Shown here in pieces: positions 12,983 to 24,677 of a stretch of 64,000 nucleotides of DNA. A program made the translations under genes and the position numbers. This DNA comes from Sphyrna mokarran. Lineage: Eukaryota. The stretch is from assembly GCA_024679065.1 (NCBI GenBank), contig JAGIQG010000008.1, positions 92,380,001 through 92,444,000 of the forward strand. Reading direction: 5' to 3'. Below the pieces are notes generated by a model. The model worked only from the letters and a program-made list of their open reading frames with translations, ran no database searches and was not told the DNA's origin. The stretch's first letter is position 1. Each line of letters begins with the position of its first letter.

Positions 12983-13465
12983 GATAAAAGCAAAATATTG
13001 CTGCGAATCTGAAATAAAAACAGAAAATGCAGGATAAACTCAGTTGGGTGAATTTTCCCAGTCTGCTTTTCTTGGGAATCGATGCAGGGAGGGTCAGCAC
13101 TCTGAAAGAATTCATTGACTTTGTGCAGGATTTTCTGGTTTTGGGGCAAACCTGGCTGGAAAACCCTGCCTAGCAGTAATGACAGCATTTCAAGAGAGAG
13201 AAAAACAAAGATAATGTTACAGAAGGATCATTTAAACTCAAAACATTGGGCAGGATTTTCTGGCTGCCCGCACCCCAAGATTGGAAATTCCCGCTCAACA
13301 GACCTATAAATGGCCCGTCGAATTTTCTGTCTCCCCCGCTATGATTTCTGCAGTGGGCGAGTCAGGCAGTTTAACCTTGCCCTTTTTTTTAGCTATTAGC
13401 TCTGTTTCTCTTCAGGCATGTTGCCAGTCCTGCTGAATTTATCCAGTATTTTCTGCCTTTATGCT
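12983..13465. mobile_element. Penelope-type palindromic element with two nested MITEs
   Basis: Inverted arms acagaaaatgcaggataaactcag / ctgaatttatccagtattttctg; flanked by the 15-bp direct repeat agataacttt(a/c)ctga at 12968-12982 and 13466-13480; MITEs at ~13050-13150 and 13248-13372. Confidence 0.6.
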
Positions 13466-13934
13466 AGATAACTTTCCTGAAATTTGACTGGAATGGTATT
13501 CTCTCAAACCAGTTGAGAATGAACTGCTCTCATGTTTGCTGCAGCTTTGTAGAGAAGTGATATATATTGGCTTTTCTACACCCTTCTTGAGTCTCGTGAT
13601 TTAGCTCTTTGAATTAACTGCATTCTGGCAAAACTCGAGCAGTGAACTTTTATTTGTAACCATCTAATCATCAATTTTACAAATCACTGTTCATAAAAAA
13701 CAAGTAGCGGTTGACAGTTCTTGAGAAACGAGAGAGATGTTACAAATTGTGTTGAAAATGGCTTTGCCAATTCTTGAAGCCTGTTTGAAGATTATGTAGT
13801 TATACCTCTGAGAAGTGGATAACAAGATCTTTCTTTTATGAGGACTATAGGCGGAGATTCTGCAGATTGCCTTCTCTTTCCCATGGGCAAATAGTTCTGG
13901 TTTTTGGCTAGTCTTCAGCACACCTTTCATTAAT

Positions 13935-14212
13935 GATGGCAGGATGACACAGTGGTTAGCTGGGCTTGATTCCCAGCTAGGGTCACTGTCTGTGTGGAAT
14001 TTGCACATTCTCTCTGTGTCTGTGTGGGTTTCCTCCGGATGTTCTGGTTTCCTCCCACACTTCAAAGATATACGGGTTGAATTGACATTTAGTGTCAGGG
14101 GACTAACTAGGGTAAATGCATATGGTTATGGAGATAGGGCCTGGGTGGGATTGTGGTCGGTGCAGACTCGATGGGCCAAATGGCTTTTTCCATGCAGTAG
14201 GGATTTTATGAT
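13935..14212 (+). mobile_element. HE1/V-SINE with CR1-type tail
   Basis: Head, V-domain and tail gcagactcgatgggccaaatggc...gggattttatg. Confidence 0.85.
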
Positions 14213-14382
14213 TAAGAGCTGTCAATCTACACTAATGCACAACTGCTTGAATAGTTATAACATTCTGTATTATACATAATCAGAGCCCAGATGGAGTCTT
14301 GATTGGTAAAATCATGGAGAAGAAAAGTTTTTTTTGAATTGGCTTCATTTAGTTCACTTTTACAGCCAAATCTTTGTAAATC

Positions 14383-14685
14383 AGGTAGCATGGTAGCACA
14401 GTGGTTAGCACAGTTACCTCACAATGTCAGGGATGCAGGTTCAATTCCCGGCTTGGGTCACTATCTGTATGGATGCTGCAGGTTCTCCCTGTGTCTGTGT
14501 GGATTTCCTCTGAGTGCACCTTCCACAGTCTGAAAGATGTGCTAGTTAGATCTAACTAGTTGGCCATGCTAAATTTTCCTTCAGTGTACCCCAGCAGGCG
14601 CCTGAGTGTGGTGACTAGGAATTTTCACAATAACTTCATTACAATGTTACTGTAAGCTTACTTGCGACTCTAATAAATAAAATGA
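14383..14685 (+). mobile_element. HE1/V-SINE with alternative tail
   Basis: ggtagcacagtggttagcac head, V-domain, tail gcttacttgcgactctaataaataaa. Confidence 0.85.
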
Positions 14686-14916
14686 AAAAAAAACTAAATT
14701 GTTTTAGAAATAGAGGCTGAGATGCAAAAAAAAATTCAGAATTGTTGCTGGGTGCATTGGTATCAAAATAATAGCACTGGCAGCATAAGTTCCCAAGTTT
14801 CTTCAGAAGAAATAACTGTTCCCTAACCTTTTTGAACCTTGATTGTCAATTAAAAGTATTCTCTCCAAATATATTTACAAGGTTCTAAGTCTTGTAGAAC
14901 AGTTCAGTTATCACTC

Positions 14917-17197
14917 TATTATAATCATGGTCAAAAAAAGAGTTTGATCTCAATCTTCCACTTGTCTTTATTAATAAATTGGTGGAATTGTTAAGCTGAT
15001 GATATGACCCAATATGGATGTAAGATTTGTGTACCTTTAAGAAAGTTTTTTTAAAATCATAATTTCTGCAGCTCTTATACCTTCAGTGGTTTTTTAGCTC
15101 AGAGCTTCACTGATGTCATTGCTACCGGTTTGACTACGATGAATCCTTTTATTGCTACTTAAGTCGTTTAAATAGGGTTTTTGTGTTTACTTTGGGATTG
15201 ATTTTATGATCTTGCATTGTTAGGAAGATGGTCATGTGTTTTTGGACAGTTTTTTTTCAGTCACAATATGAAGCTGCAGTTTTGAGTTTTCTTTTTGAAG
15301 GGACAGCAGCTAAAAAGAAACGTTTTCTCTCTTTCCCTGTTGCTTTTGAAATTTTGCTGGTTATCTGAAAAGAAGGTCTTACATTCCTGCAGTAAAGATT
15401 CTGCAGTTGGGTTTTTTTTTAGAGCAACACAGCACGGGAAACAGGCCCCTCGGCCCAACGAGCCCACGCCGCCGTCATAACTATATAGTAACAATTCCAT
15501 TATCCTATTCTAATTTTAGGTTATTCCTAATATGGAAGAGTCTCAATGTAGGGACAATTTGTTTCCCACTCAGCCTAAGAGCGAATTTTTTGGGATGTGG
15601 GAGGAAACCGGAGCGCCCGGAGAAAACCCACACAACCACGGGGAGAACGCGCAAACTCCCGCAGACACCAGCCCAATTCCAAGTGTCTGCACAGCTACAG
15701 CGATAGTCACTGAGCTGTCATGGTGCCCTTCAGATGGTCCAGATAAAGCACTCATTTACGACATGAAGCACAAGGCAACCCATGAATCAACATCCAAGAG
15801 CTGTCCTCGCACCACCTGCCGAATGCATGCTCCTTGTTGGTCAAGTATGGACCGAATTACCTGTGGAAAAAAAAGCCATAGTTAAACAGTCTTACTATAT
15901 CCCTCTATCTGCATAACGCTCATGTGGCTGTCCAAGAGACCCTTAAACAGCCGTAGCGTGCCTGCTCCCACCACCTTACTCGGCAGTGCATTCCACACCC
16001 CCACTACTCTTTGTGTGAAAAACTGCCCTCTAATATTTGTCTTATACATAGCCCCCCTCACCCTAAGGCCATGACCCCTCGTCCTATCCATTTCTGAAGG
16101 TAGAAAAAGTTTACCTCCATTTACTCTATCTATACCCCTTATAATCTTATACACCTCTATGAGATCCTCTCTAAGCCGACGTCTTTCAAGGGAAAACAAC
16201 CCCAGTCTATCTAATCGTTCCTCATAAGACAGTCCTTCCATACCAGGCAGCATCCTGGTAAACCTCCTCTGCACTCTCTCCAAGGAATCCACATCCTTCC
16301 GATAGTACGGCGACCAGAACTGGACGCAGTATTCCAAGTGAGGCCTAACCAACGTTCTATACAATTGCAACATCAAACTCCTACCCTTGTATTCTATACC
16401 CTTTTCTATGAAAGCTAACATACTATACGCTTTCTTTATCACCTTCTCCACCTGTGAAGACACCTTCAGAGACTTGTGAACCTGCACCCCCAAGTCTCTC
16501 TGCGTCTCTATACTCCGAATAGTTTTACCTTTTATCCTATAACTCTCTTATACATTTTTCTGGCCAAAATGCGTCATCTCGCATTTATCCGGATTAAATT
16601 CCATTTGCCATCTATCTGCCCAGTCTACCAACCTACCTATGTCCTACATAGGATGGCAAACTGAACAGAAGTTTCTCCCAGTTTTATTTGAAATTCTGCT
16701 GGTGATCTTAAAGCAAGATTTTGTCTTCCTGAAGGAAACAAATCTGCTCATGGTAGTTTGTATAAAGTTCCTGATGTTCAGGGAAGCCGTTCTGACTTCA
16801 AAATGTTCTGAATGAATTAAGACTGAGAGTTCAATTCTCCAACCAACGGACTTAATTTCCAATATCCTGTGAGCATGAGTCTATGCTGTGTTAAACCTGT
16901 GAAAATGCTCTTTTGTCTATGGGAATAGTTTGATTGGAATATTGTACATATCTTTGTTACGGTTATACATGAGCATGATTGTTTACTTTTTGTTTATAAT
17001 TGTTAATTTCCTTATAATACGTGTTAACTGTATTCTTAAATAAACTGTGTTTGATGAAAGTTCCCTAGTGGGTCACTTGAATCATACCTGAAGTGAAACA
17101 TCTCGTGCTACCCTAACCAAATTCAAGATGCAAAAACGTTTGATCCAGATGGGCTCCATAGAACACTGTGGAGTTTCTAACCTGAACCATAATACAG
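14917..17197 (+). mobile_element. Probable solo LTR (Gypsy-like) interrupted by a CR1 insertion at 15411-16650
   Basis: Degenerate inverted termini (tattataatcatggtc ... gaaccataataca), an aataaa signal near 17040, and a similar sub-repeat on both sides of the insertion (tttgaaattttgctggttatct / tttgaaattctgctggtgatct). Confidence 0.5.
15411..16650 (-). mobile_element. Young CR1 LINE 3' part with a long 3' UTR containing a V-SINE-derived segment
   Basis: Uninterrupted 203-aa ORF 15882-16493 (LVRPHLEYCVQFWSP..FFTQRVVGVWNALP); the sequence downstream (15881 to 15411) has a degenerate tRNA head, a V-domain and a CR1 tail. Confidence 0.9.
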
Positions 17198-17939
17198 AAT
17201 AGATAACACACTGAACTACACAGGGGTACAGAGAATTGAACCCCACCCAACTTAAGAGAATCACATCAAGAATGTTTGATTGTATTCTTCTTTCCTCTAC
17301 AAGGATTTCAGTGTAAATATTCAAGTTAATGGTTGGTATTTTTATTTAAAACACTCAGAAGTAGTGATGAGTGAAGTTATGTATGCAAATGGCCTGTATT
17401 TATTGTGAGCAGTGAGAATTATGGAGTTATTATTGTGTTTTGAACAAAATTGATGTCCAACTGACATGTCTAAAATCTAATTTACTACTAGACCTACTGT
17501 AGTGACTGGCACTGCACACTGTGGTTAAGATTCTTCTCACAGGAAATCCTGCTGGTCATGTTGTGGTTTCTGTTACAGCAGGATTGCCAACACATTGGAA
17601 CTTGGGGAAATGGACCGGAAAGTGCTTTTGTGGGCAGAAGCTTAGGGAAACCAGAGGAGCTACTGTGGTGTCAAGAAAGAGAAATGGTGAAGAGGTGAGG
17701 CTGGGCGAGAAAGAAAGAGTTAGATATGGAAGAGAGTCTGGAAATAGCACTGAGGAAATGTGTGAGAGGAAGGAAGGAAGCGGGGGAGGGTGATAGAAAG
17801 CAAACACGTTTGGCCTTGCAAAACAGAATGGAAAATTCAGCAAGCCAACTAAAGCATCTTTCAACCAGGAGAGATAATTTTGGCCAATGACATCGGAGTA
17901 ATCATTTTGTTTTAGGGGATGGGGTGAGGGAAAAAGGAG

Positions 17940-18155
17940 TAATGTTTTTATGAGGCGTTAAAGAAGAAGGTAGTAAGGTTGTTGAATTTTAAGAAGGAAT
18001 TGGATAATTAGCTGAAGAAAGAATATTTACAGAACCTTGGTGGGGGGAAAGGTGGGGAATGAGATGAACTGAGTTGCTCTGCAGAGAGCTGGCATTGACA
18101 AAAAGGGCCAAGTAGCCTCCTTTGTATGGTGGTCACTCCTTGTTTCTATGGTTTA
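17940..18155 (+). mobile_element. Old CR1 3' fragment
   Basis: tttaagaaggaattggataattag...gagagctggcattgacaaaaagggccaagtagcctcct tail. Confidence 0.6.
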
Positions 18156-19237
18156 AGTTACGTGAGGTGACACTGGAACAGGAGGTTCTGCCTCAGGGCA
18201 TGTGAGCCAAAGGCCGGCAGCTTTCCAATACTCTGTGACAGAAGCATGCACGATTGGATGGGGATTTGAGTAAGTGTTGGGGGGCTCACCACTTGGAAAG
18301 CTAGGGGAACAAGGAGATGGGGTGCTGAGATTTGAAAGAACTGTGGAGTGGGGAGGGTTGAACAAGCTGAGAGCATCCTGATAGTGAATGGATGAGGCCC
18401 TTTAAGTGGGAATTAATTGTTATTTCAGAGCTTCATTTATCCCCTTGATGGCTAAGCCTTTCTGCCTCCCCCACTGCTAGTAGAATTGTGATAGGGGTCA
18501 GGGCAGGCGGTTAGATGGCAGGCCGGTTGCCTGTTGCGTTTGAGAAGTTTCCCTCAACTCTGCCCTCACTACCCCCACTCCCTCATTCCCCTCACTTCTT
18601 CACACCCTCCAATTCACTGCTGGACAAGTGTAAAATCCAGCTGTGTTCTATATTGGGATCTTATGTTGAGATGGATGAAGTCAGGAAATGGAATTTTGTG
18701 GTACAAAAAATACTTCAGTTTTGATAGGTATCCATTTACTGTAGACACAATGCACAAATATCCAAGTTTTCCTGTCAATAATGATGGGGCTAATGGTACA
18801 AACCTATCTGCAAATGGTGCAGCAACCTCTTATGGGAGGCAGAAGAGATATTCAACTCAAAACTCCAACCTTTGCTTATTGCTTCTGACTTCTCCCTTCC
18901 CAGCTTGTCCTGACAAAACATCTCTGTCTCAGTTCCTTTCTTCACTTCCTTTCCCTTCATCAGAGAACTGCTCCTTTATTCTTTCTTCCTTTTTACCCCA
19001 TCAGTGCCCGCAAAAAGAGTTCTACTTTTCATTTTTGTCTCTCTTTTCTCCATCCCTTAATCCAATCTTTCTAGCCCTTCCTTTATTTTTCTTGCTGCAC
19101 TAAATCTAACGTTTAGTTCACCCTCTCTATCCTGCACAGTTCATTTCGCAATTCTCTAATTTAATTATTGAAGTAGTTTGGCAGTTGCTTACCCATGTGC
19201 CCAGATTCCCTCACTGTATGAGTAGTAGCACTTGTAG

Positions 19238-19530
19238 AGTGGCATGATGGCACAGTGGTTAGCAGAGACCCAGGTTCAGTTCCGACCTTGGGTGACTGTC
19301 TGTAGAGTTTGCATGTTCTTCCGTGGGTGGGTTTCCTCTGGTTGCTTCAGTTTTCTCTCACAATCCAAAGATGTGTTGGTTAGATGGATTGGCCATGCCA
19401 AATTACCCTTGATGTCAGGGTAAATTAATAGGATAAATACATGGGGATCATGGGGATAGACCCTGGGTGGGATTGTTGTTGGTGCAGGCCTGAATGGCCT
19501 CCTTCTGCCCTGCAGGGATTCTATGACTTT
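19238..19530 (+). mobile_element. HE1/V-SINE with CR1-type tail
   Basis: Head ggcacagtggttagc, V-domain, tail gaatggcctccttctgccctgcagggattctatga. Confidence 0.85.
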
Positions 19531-20372
19531 CAGCTTGCACTTCAGCAAGTTGCCATATTAAACTTTAAAAAAACCCAATGCACAATGGTTAAGTTGAACT
19601 ACTGTGGATCACATTTGATCACTTGCCAGGGCAAAATTTAGCCTTTTGATTTTGAAAACCAGTTACTCCTCAAACCAATCTGTCTAGTATAATTCAACAC
19701 ACATTTTGTGATGTTTTGTCCTTTACCGCTAAGGTACTAGACCTGCAAGAGGAGCCAAAACACATAGTTTATGTAGCAAACAATGTGATGTAAGCTCTTC
19801 AATTATTTGTATAACTGCCAGCATTTTATTTTGCATCGAGTTGTCAGTTATTCAAATCCAATGAGTCCTGGCTTTGTAATAAGTTAAATCATGCAAATTG
19901 TGGAAAGGCAGTGTGAAAAAGTGATAAGCTAGACTGCAGCAAATACAGGGGCAAGGCATACTTCCTTTTAATCTTTCTTGTCATTTCTCCACTAAACTTC
20001 TAATCTCCTAGAGATCTACTTGAGCATTTAGCTTTATCTTGTATTCCTTCCTTTTAAGTTAGACTTCAGCTTTTATCTATTTATCCCACCTTATTTTGCT
20101 AAGTATGTGAAGTTTCGTCAATGATGTTCTGCCATAACAATATGCTAATTGGTTTGCTCAGTGAATTGGGTCCAGATCCTTTCTTGCCTCAATGAACAAT
20201 GTGGCTAACCAGCAATCTTATCTTTGACTCTTCATTGTTTGGTTTATATAAATGCACCATGGTTACAATGCCACAATTTTTCTATCCTCCTACATCACTT
20301 ATTTGCCCATTAAAACATGACAAAGTTGTTGCATAATTCTCATTCTTTTACACAATCATGTCTTAAATATGA

Positions 20373-20563
20373 TGGATGGAATTTTCCAGCCCTTTCCGCA
20401 GGCACGATCTTCCAATCCATCCAAAGACTTCTCAGTGGCAGGTCACGCAAAACACCATAGACATTAGCGGGGCTGGATGATCGCATTGCCAGTCAATGAT
20501 GGACTGCATCTACCACCGAAAAACATGCCATGATTTGTGGAGGCGGGTGTGGAAATCAGGCCC
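20373..20563. mobile_element. ~190-bp MITE-like element
   Basis: ggatggaattttcc ... ggaaatcaggccc inverted termini. Confidence 0.55.
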
Positions 20564-20915
20564 AATGGACAAGACGCTTTGAAACAAGTTTTCTTCTAAA
20601 TTGTACAATTTGTTAAGTTTATTGTAGAATATAAATAATAGTCCACAACTTATGCCTGAAGAATTCTTTCTAAAAGATTTCATCCAAGCCTCCCAGTGAG
20701 ACCAATTGCCTTTTGCTGACCTATGATACAAAAAAAGATCTGTGCTTAGTCCTTAATTTTGTTATTGAAGTAGATCCCCAATTTTGTTACAGTACTTTAC
20801 AGTAACTTTTTTTAAACAAGAAATTTATCAAAAGGATATAGCCACAAGGTTTAGAAACAGAAATATTTTTACTATGCAAGACAGGGAGATAGATTTCTCT
20901 AGTCGTGCACACTGA

Positions 20916-21094
20916 CAGGATTCTCTGGTCTCGCTGGCAGTACATCCCTGCGCGTGGGTTTCATGGCAATGTGGGGTGACATCAATGGAAAATCCTATTG
21001 ACAGCAACGGGACTAGAGAATCCCATCACCAGTGAACAACGCACCACCTCCCGTCGCTTAGAAACATGTGGCTGGGAGTTCTGAAAACTCCCCC
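20916..21094. mobile_element. ~180-bp MITE-like element
   Basis: caggattctctgg ... gaaaactccccc; shares cccattgacagca.cgggact.ga with 647-843. Confidence 0.55.
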
Positions 21095-21114
21095 TTGATT
21101 TCTAGCACAATTTT

Positions 21115-21185
21115 TTTAAAATGTATTTATTTGTGGGACATGAGGATTGCTGACTGGCCAGCATTTATTGCCTATCCCTAATTGA
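21115..21185 (-). mobile_element. CR1/SINE 3' tail fragment abutting the CNOT6 fragment
   Basis: tgggacatgaggattgctgactggccagcatttattgcctatccctaattg is a reversed CR1-type tail. Confidence 0.7.
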
Positions 21186-21188
21186 CAT

Positions 21189-21443
21189 GGCAAATCATAT
21201 CATGGCGTAAAAAACCAGCTCATTCTTATTGCAAATGCACATATTCATTGGCACCCTGAGTATTCTGATGTGAAATTGATTCATACCATAATCTTTCTGT
21301 CTGCCGTGAAGAACATAATTGAAAAGGCATCTCGTACATTTACACCTGGTGTAGTCACAGGAGACCTTAATGTCATTCCTTTTGTACGGCGTACAGATCT
21401 CAATTCAGATTCAGGCGTTGTAGAATACTTGGCCACTGGAGGA
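21189..21443 (+). pseudogene. CNOT6: CCR4-NOT subunit 6 (CNOT6/CNOT6L, CCR4 deadenylase) pseudogene fragment
   Basis: Translates to GKSYHGVKNQLILIANAHIHWHPEYSDVKLIHTIIFLSAVKNIIEKASR...IPFVRRTDLNSDSGVVEYLATGG, matching the CNOT6 EEP domain (KQLILVANAHMHWDPEYSDVKL...IPLVLCADLNSLPDSGVVEYLSTGG) with substitutions at conserved sites and loss of LP; no splice sites, flanked by repeats. Confidence 0.9.
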
Positions 21444-21444
21444 G

Positions 21445-21785
21445 ATTTATTTTTATTCATTTATGGGACATGTGCGTCACTGGCAGGCCAACATTTATTG
21501 CCCATCCCTAGTTGCCCTTGGAGGGCAGTTGAGAGTCAACCACATTTCTGTGGCTCTGAGTCACGTGTAAATCAGACCAGATTTCCTTTCTAAAGGACAT
21601 TAGTGAACCAAATGAGTTTTTTTGACAATCAGCAATAGTTTCATGGTTTTCAGTAGATTCATAATTGCAGGGTTTTTTTATTGAATTCAAATTTCACTGT
21701 CATGGCGGGATTTGAATCCTGGTCCCTGGAACATCCAGATGTATAACTAGTCTAGTGATAATACCATCAGCCCCTTACCTCCTTA
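21445..21785 (-). mobile_element. Shark tRNA-derived SINE with CR1-type tail
   Basis: Reverse of the family at 22140-22495 (ctaaaggacattagtgaacca, ggcgggatttgaatcc). Confidence 0.8.
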
Positions 21786-21799
21786 AACAGCATTGAAAC

Positions 21800-23185
21800 A
21801 CTTCCTCTACCACAATTATTTTTGTAAGATATCTTTACCCATGGTTATTTTTGACTGCACTTTTTTAACCCACCTATAATACATATTCAACATTCAATCG
21901 GGTTATTTTTATATTTTGGATTCTTGATTTATGCATTCCCATACATGACATTGTGCAAAACTGCCACTTTCCCTATCACCCAGGTTATCAGCTGTTGCCA
22001 GCAAGTTTTTGTAGCTTCAACACCAAGAACACTGTTGACTATTGGTAATAGGAGCAATGAATTATTGAAGGGATTAGCTGCCATTCCTCCCAATGCTTCG
22101 GAACGCTTTCCAAAAGACCAGCATGAGAAAGGTTCATTAGGGGACGTGGTGACTCGGTGATATTAACACTAAACTATTAATCCAGAAACTCAGCTAATGT
22201 CTGGGAACCTGAATTCGAATCCTGCCATTACAGGTGGTGGAATTTAAATTCAAGAAAAAATATCTGGAATTAAGTATCTACCAACGACCATGAAGTCACT
22301 GTCGATTGTTGGGAAAACCTATCTGGTTCACTAATGTCCTTTAGGGAAGGAAATCTGCCATCCTTATCTGGTCTGGCCTACAGGTGACTCCAGAGCCACA
22401 GCAATGCGGTTGACTGTCATCTGCCCTCTAGGGGCAACTAGGATAGACAATAAATGCTGGCCAGCCAGCGACACCCATGTCCCTTGAATGAATTTAATTT
22501 TTTATAAATTAGCCCTGTGAAGCTGGGACAAGAGTTCACTTTTCAACTTCACCAGTAACAAGCATAAGGACTGATCATTTAACATATTCTGAAACCTCTG
22601 ACTAACGAAGCTACAGTTAATGACACTCCTTATGGAGCAGTTTTCTCTAATATCAACCGGTTCTTAATGTACTTAAAATTGTACTGATCGGCTTTGCTTA
22701 ATATAAGTAATTGTGGTTTTCATCAGGGTGTTCTAATTAACAAGATTCAACTCTATCCAATTTATCCAGATTTTGTATTGCTATGGAGTTCGCTTGGAGA
22801 ATATTTGATCTCACTGCTTGATTATTCTATTTCTATCCCAATCTGTGGAGAATTCTATGTCCTGGGAATGCTTCACTTAATGTGAGAGAACTAATCCATG
22901 TTTGTTTTGCAAAGTAGACGTGATGAAAGGCTTTGGTTTGGCATATTCCTTTTGGAGACATTTCCTGGTGATCTTTTCCCTTTGGACACTCAGGGTTGCG
23001 CTCTTTATACATTGCCTTTTCCAAGCCTTCTTTGAAAACCACAAAATTATGTGAAACAGTCAAAAGTTCATGATGCATCCCAGGTTTAAGGATATCCAGA
23101 AGGAACTATCCAAATTCTCCAATCTTCCATCGTGGAGGTGAAGACTTCTTCTGGATTGATGCAACAAAACTTGAATTAAATTTGA
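21800..23185 (-). mobile_element. Possible ancient L1/Tx1-like ORF2 C-terminal remnant, interrupted by a SINE
   Basis: Frameshifted minus-strand peptides (FKEGLEKAM, FHHVYFAKQTW, KLLH, VPKHWEE..LIPSII..VLG) loosely follow the order of fish L1 post-RT motifs; weak by-eye similarity. Confidence 0.3.
22140..22495 (+). mobile_element. Shark tRNA-derived SINE with CR1-type tail
   Basis: gaattcgaatcctgcc B-box, ctggttcactaatgtcctttagggaaggaaatctgcc core, aataaatgctggccagccagcgacaccc tail. Confidence 0.85.
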
Positions 23186-23885
23186 ATCGTAAGATCGTAA
23201 GATGTTGGAGGAGAATTATGCCATTCGGTCCATCAAGTCTTCTCCACCATTTAATCATAGCTGATAAGTTTCTCAACCCTATTCTCCTACCTCTTCCCCA
23301 TAACCTTTGATCCCTTTACTAATCAAGAACCTATCTTTCTCTGTCTTAAATGTACTCAATGACCTGGCCTCCACAGCCTTCTGCGGCAGTGAATTCCCTA
23401 GATTCATCACCCTTTTTCTGAACTAAATTCCTCCTCATTTCGGTTCTAAAGGATTGTCCCTCCATTTTGAGGCTGTGCCCTCAGATCCTTTCTTTCTTTC
23501 TAATGGAAACATCTTTCCCTCGCCCACTCTATCCAGGCCTTTCAGTATTTGGTAAGTTTGAATGAGATCTTCTCTTGTCCTTCTAAACTCCATTAAGTAC
23601 AGATGCAGAGTTCTCAAATGCTCCTCATACTTCAACCTTTTCACTCCTGGTACCATTTTTGTGAACCTCTTCTGCCTTGTGGACCCTTTCCAGGGCCAGC
23701 ACATCCTTCCTTGGATATGGAGCCCAAAATTATCACAATATTTCAAATGACGTCTGACCAGAATGTTATAGAGCCTCAGCAGTACATCCCTGATTTTGTA
23801 TTCTTGTCCTCTCGAAATAAATGCTAACATTGCATTTGCCTTCCTAACTATCAATTCAACCTGCAAGGTAACCTTAAGAGTCACC
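23186..23885 (-). mobile_element. CR1 LINE 3' fragment
   Basis: ORF 23435-23884 (RKANAMLAFISRG..LYNILVRRHLKY); (tcgtaaga)n tail. Confidence 0.9.
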
Positions 23886-24389
23886 AGTCTTAATCAATTT
23901 CACAATACAAGGTGGCCTTCCCATTTAGATTATATAATTTGTTGTTAGGCAGTAACAAACAAAAAAGTTAGGGAATTAGATGGGCATTTTTAGTGTAGCT
24001 AAATATTGTTGGATATTGTCGATAATGTGCATGGAATACTGAATTCCATGAAATTGTGCCAGTTCCTCACCTTGATAAACATGCATGCATCTTAATAGTG
24101 AGTAGAGAAGGGATAACCAATATGTAGATAGCCGAAAAAGGTTATCAGTAGAAATGATCCAAATTTGAGATATAATCCAAGTCAAGCGGAAGAATTAAAC
24201 TTAAAAACCAATGGCTTATGCTAAATTTGTCATGCATGTGACTTTGGAATTCAATGAACAGGTGGGTAAATCTTTTACTGACAAGCTGGAAATTCTAAAT
24301 TGAAAATTGAGCAAATTGGTCTCTTGTTAGTCTAATGTGTAAAATCGCCAGGCACGATGAGAATGATACCTGCCTTGAATCTCCTTCAG

Positions 24390-24500
24390 CTTTGACTGCT
24401 TTTGATATCATTTCACAATGGATTGACAATCGTTGGAAGGCTGTAATGATGCCAACGAAAACTGTAGGTTTGGTTTTAACATCCAAAAACTGGATTACTG
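24390..24500 (+). other. Candidate 111-nt symmetric exon, product unknown
   Basis: ctccttcag| ... |gtaaat, 111 nt, open as LTAFDIISQWIDNRWKAVMMPTKTVGLVLTSKNWIT; no homologue recognised, and the opposite strand is also open. Confidence 0.15.
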
Positions 24501-24633
24501 GTAAATAAACCTTGAACTTGGCTTTTTCCTCCTATCACATTGACTTTCCCGTATTCTCCATATCTTGGTGCCATGATAAAGTGCTTATCAGTTTGCACCA
24601 CATGTATAAATACAAGTGGTTATAAGTATTGTG

Positions 24634-24635
<2 letters not shown>

Positions 24636-24673
<38 letters not shown>
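24636..24673. repeat. (GT)n microsatellite
   Basis: Directly visible. Confidence 0.95.

Positions 24674-24677
<4 letters not shown>

Noticed and set aside
18534-19103. 189-aa ORF
   Set aside because: Runs through pyrimidine-rich low-complexity sequence, has a non-ATG start and no recognisable homology
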